Shown: piece by piece, positions 29,679 through 38,338 of the stretch | Layout: each line of letters opens with the position of its first letter | Numbering within the stretch: the first letter of the stretch is position 1 | From: an uncultured Planctomycetales bacterium | GTDB lineage: Bacteria > Omnitrophota > Gorgyraeia > Gygaellales > Profunditerraquicolaceae | Direction: 5' to 3' | Assembly (NCBI GenBank): GCA_964645795.1 | Contig: CAZYCL010000001.1 | Span: forward strand, 31,194 to 95,193 | Length of the DNA stretch: 64,000 bases | The notes under the pieces: model-generated | Databases searched by the model: none | Seen by the model: only the letters and a program-made list of their open reading frames with translations | Told to the model about the DNA's origin: nothing | Made by a program: the position numbers and the translations under genes

Positions 29679-30749
29679 TTACTTCTCCTTGCGCGATTTT
29701 ACCACCCGGTAGCTCTGGCGGGCGATCATCAGCTCTTCGTTGGTAGGGATCACCAGTATCCTTGGGCGCTTTTTAAGGTGCTCGAAAGCCCCCTTGCAGA
29801 TCCTGTCCCTGATGCTCTGCTGATTTTCTCCGATACCGGCGGTAAAGACCAGCGCATCGCAGCCTCCCATCACCGCGATGTAGGCGCCGATATACTTCTT
29901 GATCCTGTAGGCGAAGATATCGCGGGCAAGCTTTGCACGGCCGTTGCCGGAGCGCTCTTTAGACTCCAGCACCCTCATATCGTTGCTTATCCCGGAGACG
30001 CCTTTTAGCCCGCTGGACTTGTTAAGCACGCTGTCTATATGATGGGCGTCGATGCGCTTCCTGTGCATAATATAGGTGACCAGCGCCGGGTCGATATCCC
30101 CGCAGCGCGTGCCCATCACCAGGCCTTCCAGGGGGGTAAAGCCCATGCTGGTATCTACGGACCTGCCTTTATCTACGGCAGTGATACTGCAGCCATTGCC
30201 CAGATGGCAGGTTATCAGCTTTAATTTATTTAGGGGCCTTGCGAGTATCCTGGAAGCGTCATGCGCAACAAACTCGTGGCTGGTCCCGTGGAAACCGTAC
30301 TTCCTTATCCCGTATTTCTTATAATACTCGTAAGGCAGGCCGTAAATAAAAGCCCGCTCGGGGATGGTCTGGTGGAAGGCCGTATCGAAGACCGCGACCT
30401 GCCTGACATGAGGCAGGAGCTTCTTGCAGGCCATGATACCGGCAAGGTTTGCGGGATTATGCAGTGGGGCGATAGAAAAACAGTGCCGTATATCCCTGAT
30501 GACCTCCTTATTTACCAGCACCGGCTTCTTGAACTTCTCCGCGCCGTGCACTACCCTGTGGCCGACGCAAGAAACCCCGTCTACCTTTTCCATTATCATC
30601 TTCAGGCCCGTGTAATGGTCGCGGATGGCCGAGCCCTCTTCGCCGATATGCTCGATAAGGCCTTTGGAGATGAGCTGCTCGCCGGGCATCTCAAAAAGCT
30701 TATACTTGATAGAAGAGCTGCCGCTGTTGATTACCAGGATCCTCATCAT
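29679..30749 (-). CDS. ackA: Acetate kinase
   Basis: ILVINSGSSSIKYKLF N-terminus. 356 aa. Confidence 0.9.
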   Translation of the reverse strand: MMRILVINSGSSSIKYKLFEMPGEQLISKGLIEHIGEEGSAIRDHYTGLKMIMEKVDGVSCVGHRVVHGAEKFKKPVLVNKEVIRDIRHCFSIAPLHNPANLAGIMACKKLLPHVRQVAVFDTAFHQTIPERAFIYGLPYEYYKKYGIRKYGFHGTSHEFVAHDASRILARPLNKLKLITCHLGNGCSITAVDKGRSVDTSMGFTPLEGLVMGTRCGDIDPALVTYIMHRKRIDAHHIDSVLNKSSGLKGVSGISNDMRVLESKERSGNGRAKLARDIFAYRIKKYIGAYIAVMGGCDALVFTAGIGENQQSIRDRICKGAFEHLKKRPRILVIPTNEELMIARQSYRVVKSRKEK

Positions 30750-31678
30750 TGCGCCCTTATAGCCGTGACTGCCGCACAGTCAACGATATCTTCTACGCTG
30801 CATCCGCGGGAGAGGTCGCTGGCCGGCTTCTTTAGGCCCAACATCAGCGGCCCTAAAGCCCTGGCCTTTGCCAGGCGTTCCGTAAGTTTATATCCTATGT
30901 TGCCGGCTTCCAGGTTTGGAAAGATCAAAACGTTGGCTTTACCGCCAACGGGGCTGTCAGGGAATTTTATTTGCGCCACCTCCGGCACGATCGCCGCATC
31001 CACCTGCAACTCGCCGTCTACCAGTATGCCGGAGGACATCTCCTTCAGGGAAACGATCGCCTCATGGATCTTTTCGGCTGACTTGGTCCTTGCCGAGCCT
31101 TTCGTGGAGTAACTTAAGAAGGCGACTCTCGGCACAAGGTCAAGGACCTTCCCGGCCAGCTCCGAAGCCGCCAGGGCAATACAGGACAACTGCCTGGAGT
31201 TGGGCTCAGGTATGACCCCGCAATCGGCAAAGATAAATGTGCCGTTGTCTCCGTGGGGGCAGTCGGGAACGGTCATGATAAAACAGCTGGAAACCAGCGT
31301 AATGTGTTCATCTACTCCGATGCAGCGGATCGCGGCCCTTACCATATCGGGGGTGGTGTGGCTGGCCCCGGCGACCAATCCGTCGAACTTGCCGTGGCGG
31401 GTCATCATCGCCGCATAATATAGCGTATCCTGGTCAAAGAGCTTTTTTACCGTCTCCAGGTCCATGTCCTTGCTGCCGTGCATCTCGAAGAACTGGCGGA
31501 CGAACTCCTCCTTCTGGGATTTATCGACCATCTCCGGAGTGACCACAACAGGCCGGGCTATACCTTCCTTCTCGATTATGTGGCCGGCCTCGATCGTGCG
31601 CTTGTCCTCGAACTCCGGCAGAGCGATGGTCTTTAAGCTCCTCTTTGCCCTATCCCTTATCTTCGAAATGGTATCCAT
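30746..31678 (-). CDS. pta: Phosphate acetyltransferase (catalytic PTA_PTB domain only)
   Basis: 310 aa Pta-like. Its stop overlaps the ackA start. Confidence 0.85.
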   Translation of the reverse strand: MDTISKIRDRAKRSLKTIALPEFEDKRTIEAGHIIEKEGIARPVVVTPEMVDKSQKEEFVRQFFEMHGSKDMDLETVKKLFDQDTLYYAAMMTRHGKFDGLVAGASHTTPDMVRAAIRCIGVDEHITLVSSCFIMTVPDCPHGDNGTFIFADCGVIPEPNSRQLSCIALAASELAGKVLDLVPRVAFLSYSTKGSARTKSAEKIHEAIVSLKEMSSGILVDGELQVDAAIVPEVAQIKFPDSPVGGKANVLIFPNLEAGNIGYKLTERLAKARALGPLMLGLKKPASDLSRGCSVEDIVDCAAVTAIRAQ

Positions 31679-31683
31679 TGATA

Positions 31684-32772
31684 TTACATTCCTTTCAGTA
31701 TCGCATTCAAGTCAGTATAATCCTTAACGAGATTGACCACCGCTTCGATCTTGTCCTTATCGCAGGGGCGGATCTTGACCGTCATGTCGTGGATCCTGGT
31801 GGCCACGTCATAAGTATCCGATTTGGCCAGGAGCACCGGCACGCCCGATTTCTTCAGCAGATTCATGATCGGCTGGTCCGGCATGATGCCGCCGGAGAGG
31901 ATTATGCCGCAGACCTTGAGCCTCTTTTCGTCAACTTCGCGAAAACATCCCAGGGCCGTCATGATCATGTCTTCCCTGTCGCCGGGGGTGATCATAAGGC
32001 TGTCGTCGCTGATATACTTGATGGCATCGTGGGGCTCCATCGCGCCCACGATCACCTGGGAAACCTGGCACTCCAGGCACTCTTTGCCGCTCAAAAACTC
32101 AAAATCCCTTTCTTCCAGGATCTGTTCGATCGTCGGCCTTGAAAGCATGGGGTTGTAAGGGATAACACCCAGGACTTTGATCCCCTTCCTCTCAAGCCCC
32201 TTCCTCACAAGGCTGTTTACCTTATCAAACTTATCCGGCAGGACCTTGTTGATTATCACGCCGAGGAGCTTGACGCCCTCTCTCTCGAAGAGCGCCTTAT
32301 TCAGGACTATCTCATCGATAGGGCGGCCCACTCCGCCGGAAGAAATGATGATGACCTTGGAACCCAGGAGCTTGGCTACCCTGGCATTGGAGTGGTCAAA
32401 CACCGAACCGACTCCGGCGTGCCCCGTCCCCTCGATTATAAGCAGGTCGCTGGCCCTGGAGACCCTGCGAAAGGACTCCATGATCTGCTTGGTTATCGCC
32501 TCTTTATCCGGACGCGAGACGTATTTTTCGGTGAACCCCTTCTCCACCGCTATGGGGCTCATGTCTTTGAGCCCGCACCTTATCCCGCAGATCTTCTCGA
32601 TAAGGATGGAATCCTCGTCGATCTTCAGCCCCTCTTCTTCAAGGTAGCGCTGGCCTATGGGCTTAATGAAGGTAACTTTCTCAAACTTCTGCTGGAAATT
32701 GCGCAAAAGACCGAGGGAAACGGTTGTCTTGCCGTCATTTTGCTTGGTGGCGGCAATAAAGATCTTCTTCAT
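31684..32772 (-). CDS. Pta N-terminal-domain-like protein (BioD/CobQ-like P-loop domain plus DRTGG domain), encoded separately
   Basis: 362 aa. N-terminus IFIAATKQNDGKTTVSLGL is a P-loop of the AAA_26/BioD type. A C-terminal DRTGG-like region is present. It lies directly upstream of pta. Confidence 0.55.
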   Translation of the reverse strand: MKKIFIAATKQNDGKTTVSLGLLRNFQQKFEKVTFIKPIGQRYLEEEGLKIDEDSILIEKICGIRCGLKDMSPIAVEKGFTEKYVSRPDKEAITKQIMESFRRVSRASDLLIIEGTGHAGVGSVFDHSNARVAKLLGSKVIIISSGGVGRPIDEIVLNKALFEREGVKLLGVIINKVLPDKFDKVNSLVRKGLERKGIKVLGVIPYNPMLSRPTIEQILEERDFEFLSGKECLECQVSQVIVGAMEPHDAIKYISDDSLMITPGDREDMIMTALGCFREVDEKRLKVCGIILSGGIMPDQPIMNLLKKSGVPVLLAKSDTYDVATRIHDMTVKIRPCDKDKIEAVVNLVKDYTDLNAILKGM

Positions 32773-32778
32773 TGACCT

Positions 32779-33099
32779 TTAAAGGTTCTCTTCGATCTTG
32801 CGCTTAAGCTCCTCACGGCTCAAGGCCCCCACCGCCTGATCCATGACCTTGCCGTTCTTAAAGAACATAAGCGTAGGGATAGACATAATCCCGTAATCGG
32901 TAGCGGTCTGAGGGTTGTTATCCACGTCGATCTTGCCGATCTTCACCTTGCCGGCATACTCATTGGCCAGCTCCTCTACTATCGGGGCGATCATCTTGCA
33001 CGGCCCGCACCAGGCAGCCCAGAAATCTACGACTACCGGTTGCTTGGAGACAATGACCTCCTCTTTAAAATTTGCATCGCTAAAATGTTGTAAGCTCAT
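32779..33099 (-). CDS. trxA: Thioredoxin (start likely MSLQHF)
   Basis: WAAWCGPCK active site. Confidence 0.9.
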   Translation of the reverse strand: MSLQHFSDANFKEEVIVSKQPVVVDFWAAWCGPCKMIAPIVEELANEYAGKVKIGKIDVDNNPQTATDYGIMSIPTLMFFKNGKVMDQAVGALSREELKRKIEENL

Positions 33100-33216
33100 A
33101 CTCCCTTCCTTATTTGGATTAAATTTGGGTAGGCAATTTTCTAAAATATCATAAAGAAGCGCGAATTGCAAGGGATTTCACTCTTTCGGGCGCATGCCGC
33201 GGGAAAACAGGAAGGT

Positions 33217-33624
33217 TTACTTCTTATTGGTATTTGAGGAGACCTCAAAAGACAGCTTTGTGAAATCTCCTTTATTATTGGCTATCTTAAAGGAGTTCTT
33301 GGAGAAGGTCCCGTCTTTATTGGCGATGGTGAAGGAGTTCTTGGAGAAGGTCCCGTCGTTATTGACTATGGAAAAGGAGTTCCGGGAAAACTCTCCTTTG
33401 GTATCGGCTATGGTAAACGAATTCTTGGAAAACTCGTTGGTGCCGGATTTAACCGAAAAGGAAGGCTTTAGCGATATCGAAGGCTTGACTGAAAAGGAAG
33501 GCTTGACCGAAAAAGATAATTCGGTAAACTCTCCCGTGGCAAAAGCCGCTGCCCCTGATAGCCATAAAATCAGCGCTGTGAATATGAGAAAAGAGAGGAA
33601 TTTGCCCATAGTTAAAGATATCAC
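33217..33624 (-). CDS. Secreted tandem-repeat protein (signal peptide, PSFSVK x3, then a 14-aa unit G-x-FSKNSFxIAN-x-D x4)
   Basis: Signal peptide with an AFA-TGE cleavage site. There is a 42-bp DNA-level tandem repeat. The antisense ORF lacks a signal peptide and would be the lone plus-strand gene here. Confidence 0.5.
   Translation of the reverse strand: MISLTMGKFLSFLIFTALILWLSGAAAFATGEFTELSFSVKPSFSVKPSISLKPSFSVKSGTNEFSKNSFTIADTKGEFSRNSFSIVNNDGTFSKNSFTIANKDGTFSKNSFKIANNKGDFTKLSFEVSSNTNKK
33245..33420. repeat. 42-bp tandem repeat array (about 4 units) encoding the 14-aa protein repeat
   Basis: Units at 33290-33331 and 33332-33373 are near-identical. Flanking units are degenerate. Confidence 0.7.
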
Positions 33625-33658
33625 GCCAAGACAAAAATTGCAACATTCTTTGAGGATT

Positions 33659-33695
33659 GGGGACGGTTCTGGGACCTGTCCCCGGAACCGTCCCC
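33659..33695. repeat. GC-rich 11-bp perfect inverted repeat (GGGGACGGTTC ... GAACCGTCCCC) with a nested sub-hairpin
   Basis: It lies between the propeller-protein stop and the repeat-protein start. No U-tract follows it. Confidence 0.5.
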
Positions 33696-33699
33696 GATC

Positions 33700-35292
33700 C
33701 TAATTCTTGATGGAGCTGGAGAAGTAGCCGCCGGTCATGGCGTCAAGCAGGGCGGTCAGCTCCCGTATCCCCAACTCCTTATCAAGCCGTTTTTTCCTAT
33801 CCTCTATCGGCAGATTCAAAAGTTCGATCTTACGCCTGATCCTTTCAAAATATATCTTGGTCACTTCATCAAGGATGTCCTCGCGTAACTGCACCATGAG
33901 CCGCGACCGTGTATCTATTGAGGTCTGGTCGTTATTCCAGATGATATCTCCCAACTCCCAACTTATGGCTATATCCCAATCGACGCTTTCTTTTCCGCGC
34001 CTTAGCAGATCGTCTTCGCCCTTGGTAGTCGATCCCGTCTCCCAATGCCAAAGGTCCGTTGTGTTTCGGTCCAACCCGACACTTAAACGCGGCAGCAATG
34101 CTTTTCGGCAAGCCTGCCTCCTCCATTTAGCGATCTTCTCCGGCTCAACTTCCGCATATTTCATGGCGGCCCTGTGCACCTCATTTATAGACGGCTCTCC
34201 CTGACAATAAAACTCCAGCGCCGAATATTCGTGCATCGTATCAGCAAAGCTGCGGCTTGCGAAAAACAACCCTTGATCCGTAGCCAGATATATACCTGAG
34301 GCCTCATCAAAAGCTATCGCGTTATACTTCTTAGACATCACTTCGATTGATAACTCCTGCCACCGGTCAGATATGAACATGAATACACCGGATCCCGAAA
34401 GGCTGTAAAGGACACCCTGTTTGGATATTGCAAGAGCCTTAATATCCCGCGAAAGCAATCCTCTCATTGTCAAGCCTTCCCAGCTTTCTGCGCCGTTCTG
34501 AGTAAAATACAGTCCCCTGTTCGTGGCTAAATATAAAAACCCGGGCAAGAACGGATGTTGCGATATCGCAGTTATGCCGAAAGAACCGTCTTTTTCCATA
34601 TCGATATCGCCGTCGTAGTTGTCCTCGATCTCTACAGCGTCATTTTCAGCTGCAGATGATGCAAAGAATACCTTTATGGGCCCAAAGCCTGCTTCCTGAG
34701 AAATGCTGAAAACCCCTTCACGGCTTGCCACAAACACTTGTTTTCGCAAACGGGAAGAAACGCATATATCGATTATCGGGGATTCTCCAAGGGCTCCTTC
34801 GATCCTCCTCCAATGCCTGCCTTCATTCAAGCTCACGAACAATCCTGCCCGCGTGCCTAAATAAAGCCTGCCTTCGCAAGAAGCGAATGCGGTCGCGCTC
34901 TGCCGGGGGGTCCAGCCGCCCCTGAATATCCTCTTCCATGAATCTCCCCGGTCAGAGGTAACGAATATGCCTTTTTCGCTGGCCGCGTAAATTTTTTCTG
35001 CGCCGGGTCCGGGTTCGACCAGCAACCTGATAAACCCGCCAGGCGATCTGCTGCGCAAAGAGATATCCCATGTTTTTCCCCGGTCTATGCTCTTATATAC
35101 TCCGTCTTCGCAGCCGATATAAAGGTCATCTTGACCGGTCAAAAGCACTGATTTTACCCCGTTTTTTACGGTGAATACCCTCTTCCACTCAATCTCCTCA
35201 GACAACCCGCTTTTTACAGAAAAAATACCCGATGATATCAAAAACGCAACAAACGTCAAAACCCCGGATAAACGCATATTTCCTCCTTTCAA
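33700..35292 (-). CDS. Secreted BNR/Asp-box-like beta-propeller protein with a C-terminal helical domain
   Basis: It has a signal peptide and repeated S-x-D-x-G-x-(T/S)-W-like motifs (SIDRGKTWD, TSDRGDSW, SLNEGRHW, TQNGAESW). Confidence 0.55.
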   Translation of the reverse strand: MKGGNMRLSGVLTFVAFLISSGIFSVKSGLSEEIEWKRVFTVKNGVKSVLLTGQDDLYIGCEDGVYKSIDRGKTWDISLRSRSPGGFIRLLVEPGPGAEKIYAASEKGIFVTSDRGDSWKRIFRGGWTPRQSATAFASCEGRLYLGTRAGLFVSLNEGRHWRRIEGALGESPIIDICVSSRLRKQVFVASREGVFSISQEAGFGPIKVFFASSAAENDAVEIEDNYDGDIDMEKDGSFGITAISQHPFLPGFLYLATNRGLYFTQNGAESWEGLTMRGLLSRDIKALAISKQGVLYSLSGSGVFMFISDRWQELSIEVMSKKYNAIAFDEASGIYLATDQGLFFASRSFADTMHEYSALEFYCQGEPSINEVHRAAMKYAEVEPEKIAKWRRQACRKALLPRLSVGLDRNTTDLWHWETGSTTKGEDDLLRRGKESVDWDIAISWELGDIIWNNDQTSIDTRSRLMVQLREDILDEVTKIYFERIRRKIELLNLPIEDRKKRLDKELGIRELTALLDAMTGGYFSSSIKN

Positions 35293-35326
35293 CGGTAATT
35301 GACGGAAATACGCGGTATTTCTAACA

Positions 35327-35355
35327 TAAAAACCTTCGTTTGCACGAAGGTTTTT
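35327..35355 (-). terminator. Bidirectional rho-independent terminator (CCTTCG-TTTGCA-CGAAGG flanked by A and T runs)
   Basis: A perfect 6-bp GC-containing stem with U-tracts on both strands. It lies directly downstream of the CHAT gene. Confidence 0.7.
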
Positions 35356-35391
35356 ACGGGTCTTTTGACCTTGATACCGGCTAAAAAGCTT

Positions 35392-37593
35392 CTATTCTAA
35401 GCCGGAAATATCTCTGTTGAACTGCTCTTGGTCGTAATCTTCGTTTGCCTTGTAGATCTCATAGGCCTTGCGCAGAAAATCAAGAGCCTTTGGTTTATCC
35501 AAAATCTTTTTATATAACAGCCCGAGGTTTCGATAGGCAACTGCCAACTCCGGTTGCGCGCCTATCTCTTTACTGATATTAACACTGGTAATAAACGAGC
35601 TTTGCGCATCTTCATGCCTGTCCATTTCGACATAAAGCTCGCCCAGCATGTTATAGTCGCTTGCCAGGCTTAATCTGTTGTTATGCAACAGATCGGTTTG
35701 CAGGCCCTTTTTATAGTAATCCAGGGCTTTTTGATACTGCTTCTCAAACAAGTAAATCTCTCCGATGTTAAAATAGCAATCGCTCAGCTCTGCCTTAAGG
35801 TTGGTCTTCTCAAAAATATCGAGGCTTTTCAAATAGAAGTGTTTGGCCGCTTCAAAATCTTCCTTGTTGGAGAACAAAAGACCCATATCGAAATAGTCAC
35901 AGGCGAGATTATACCTGTGCTCGTAGATCCTCTGCCTTTCGCGATTTATTTCAGAGCTTTTAGTAAGCAACTCGATGGCCCCGGCATAATCCTTCTTATC
36001 TATGTATAAAACGGCCGTCTTCCTTAGCGCTATTGCCTCGCCAAGCTTATCGCTTATCTGCCGGCTTAGTTTTAGGGCCTTCTCATAAAACTCGAGCGCT
36101 TTTTTAAGCTGCCCTTCGCCGTGGTAGAACCATCCGATAGAGGCATAGGCTCTTGAAAGGTCGGTGATGCTGTTCTCTTTTTCACTTTGCAGCGCGTAGC
36201 GGTAGTAATTTTGTATCGCCTCCTGCTTATTCCCAACCCTCCTGTAAGCCTGGGCCAAAACTGGATAAACCGCCAGGTATCCGGGGTCAGAAGTTGAGGC
36301 TCTTTTTAATACTTCAATCGCCGCCTGATTATCCCCCCGTAAATATGAAGCCTTGCCTTTAAGAAAGAAATAATAACTTGTCGGCTTCAAAGTGGGCGTC
36401 TTGACAAAAATATACGAGCCCAGGGCAATTATGCACATCGAAACAAAGATCGCCGCCATAATCTTAGGCTTAAGATGCATTTTCTTCTTTTCGGGGAAAG
36501 CCACACGCTTGTTCCTGACCTTAAGCAGTATGAAATTCGGGTCTCCGTATAGAACATAACTTGCCCAGGCGATATTGGATAAGCCATACTCCCGGCATAG
36601 CTTCAGGCGGGCCAAACGCATGCTCTCGCCTACGGACCTGCCGATGACCAAATGGTGATAAAACTCCCTGGCAAAGCTTAAGCTCGACTCATCGTCAAGC
36701 CTGCGTATTGAACCGATATAGTGCCTGACTCCGGAAAATAAGAATGCCGAAGCCAGGCTGTAATTTTTCTCCCTGAAGCTTGCCCGCGTCAGGTCAAGTT
36801 CGTTTTTAGCGGAATAACAGGCGTTTGAAAAAACAAGGCTGGGCAGCGGCGCGCTTTGGCCGAGTAGCGTTATGTCGTGCGAGGTAAACCTTCCATCCTT
36901 TAATAACCATCCGGTATTATCGGGCTTATTGAAATCATATTCGCAATGTCCGGCGAAATGCACGACATCGTAATCGCATATGGCTTTTTTGACAAACAGC
37001 CTGTCTACCGAAGACGATTTTAAATCGATATGGATGTTTGATCGTTTTGCGTCAAACTGGTCGCGGATATCTACTCCTTCCAGGTAAGATGATTTGAGGT
37101 CGCCGGTAGGGTCGGCCAATATCAGCATCCTCATCACATCCGAGAAACTCCTGACCCCCGAAGAATAGACCTGCTGCGTGGTCCTTATTGACCTGCCCAG
37201 GTTATACTTTAAACAGATGAAATTGTCACCGTCATAAAGCAGCTCCCAGGGCAGGTTTACCAGCCCCTCATCCACCAAAAGCACCAGATTCTGGTTTAAC
37301 TGTCCGGCCAATTTTTCCTTGATCGAGCGCGGTAACAGATGCTCCCAAAGAAACTGGCCGCTTTTTTTCAGCCCTTTGAGGAATACCGGATCGGGGTCTT
37401 TGCTGCGGTTGACCTTATTTACTAAAGCCGAAATTTCGCGGCAGACTATATCCAGCTCGACAAATGATACCTTGTGACGGTTGTAGTATCTGACGGTAGA
37501 AACGGCCTTTTCTTCACCGTACAATCCGACCGAAAGACAATCCTCCTGCCTGGCAATCTCGAGAAACTGCGTCTTCTCTGCTCTATCCTGCAT
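35392..37593 (-). CDS. CHAT-domain (caspase-like) protease with a central TM helix and C-terminal TPR repeats
   Basis: 733 aa. VVHFAGHCEY and LVFSNACYSA are the CHAT His/Cys dyad motifs. A TM helix (IMAAIFVSMCIIALGSYIFV) and ~8 TPR units follow. Confidence 0.8.
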   Translation of the reverse strand: MQDRAEKTQFLEIARQEDCLSVGLYGEEKAVSTVRYYNRHKVSFVELDIVCREISALVNKVNRSKDPDPVFLKGLKKSGQFLWEHLLPRSIKEKLAGQLNQNLVLLVDEGLVNLPWELLYDGDNFICLKYNLGRSIRTTQQVYSSGVRSFSDVMRMLILADPTGDLKSSYLEGVDIRDQFDAKRSNIHIDLKSSSVDRLFVKKAICDYDVVHFAGHCEYDFNKPDNTGWLLKDGRFTSHDITLLGQSAPLPSLVFSNACYSAKNELDLTRASFREKNYSLASAFLFSGVRHYIGSIRRLDDESSLSFAREFYHHLVIGRSVGESMRLARLKLCREYGLSNIAWASYVLYGDPNFILLKVRNKRVAFPEKKKMHLKPKIMAAIFVSMCIIALGSYIFVKTPTLKPTSYYFFLKGKASYLRGDNQAAIEVLKRASTSDPGYLAVYPVLAQAYRRVGNKQEAIQNYYRYALQSEKENSITDLSRAYASIGWFYHGEGQLKKALEFYEKALKLSRQISDKLGEAIALRKTAVLYIDKKDYAGAIELLTKSSEINRERQRIYEHRYNLACDYFDMGLLFSNKEDFEAAKHFYLKSLDIFEKTNLKAELSDCYFNIGEIYLFEKQYQKALDYYKKGLQTDLLHNNRLSLASDYNMLGELYVEMDRHEDAQSSFITSVNISKEIGAQPELAVAYRNLGLLYKKILDKPKALDFLRKAYEIYKANEDYDQEQFNRDISGLE

Positions 37594-37598
37594 AGACC

Positions 37599-38306
37599 TT
37601 AGGCATTGATATCCAGGGCCACAAAGGCGATCTTTTCTTTGACCTCGGATATCTCTATCCGGTACTTTCCCAGCAGCATATTCTCGAAAGTCACGATACC
37701 GGCGCTTGATACATACGACTCCAACTCCCTGTCTTCCCTGAAAAGACTGACCCTGACGTCCTTGACCGCTTTATGAGTGCCTTTTTTCTTAATTACAACC
37801 GTGCAATCGAAGCGTTTTCCGGGCTTATTCGAGATCTTGACCTCGATAACCACATCCCTGAAATCCTTTAGGATAGTGACCTCATCCTTAAAATCCTTGA
37901 TCTGCCTGGAGCGCAACAGGACAGCGGCAACCAACTCCTGACCGACAAGGACTTCTCCGGTTGTATTAATGACCTCGATCATCCTTTCTTTGACCTTCAA
38001 AAGAATCTTCAGGGCCTGGCTGATAGCCTGTGCACCAAACTTTTCTCTTAGCATCCTAAGCGCTTCATCGGGAACGCTCTCTTCAGGCCCGACAGCTCCC
38101 GCCCTAATATCAAAGGCAAGCCTTTGAGCGCAGATCCTGCAACTCAAGATGTGCCTCTCAAACACCTCCTCCTGCCTTTCATTGAGCTTCCCGTCTAAAT
38201 AGCAACAGAAGGCTTCCTCTGCGGGATGAGAATCGCCTACGCCGGATTCGCTTCCCGGAAAATCCGCCAGAAGCCTTTTGATGAAAATGTCGATTTTCTC
38301 AGTCAT
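37599..38306 (-). CDS. Putative zinc-finger (ZAS, H-x3-C-x2-C) anti-sigma factor, no TM segment
   Basis: 235 aa with the HILSCRICAQ motif. It lies immediately downstream of an ECF sigma gene. Confidence 0.55.
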   Translation of the reverse strand: MTEKIDIFIKRLLADFPGSESGVGDSHPAEEAFCCYLDGKLNERQEEVFERHILSCRICAQRLAFDIRAGAVGPEESVPDEALRMLREKFGAQAISQALKILLKVKERMIEVINTTGEVLVGQELVAAVLLRSRQIKDFKDEVTILKDFRDVVIEVKISNKPGKRFDCTVVIKKKGTHKAVKDVRVSLFREDRELESYVSSAGIVTFENMLLGKYRIEISEVKEKIAFVALDINA

Positions 38307-38338
38307 GTTTTGGCTCCTTACTAATAGACGAAATAATC

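Noticed and set aside
30261-31112. 283-aa plus-strand ORF, and 58608-59267 plus-strand 219-aa ORF
   Set aside because: They are antisense to ackA/pta and to pseB respectively. Both sense genes have clear family signatures.
33194-33703. 169-aa plus-strand ORF over the tandem-repeat locus
   Set aside because: Repeat arrays keep both strands open. The plus-strand product lacks a signal peptide and would be a lone plus-strand gene in a long minus-strand block. The minus-strand product has a clean signal peptide and a plausible promoter.
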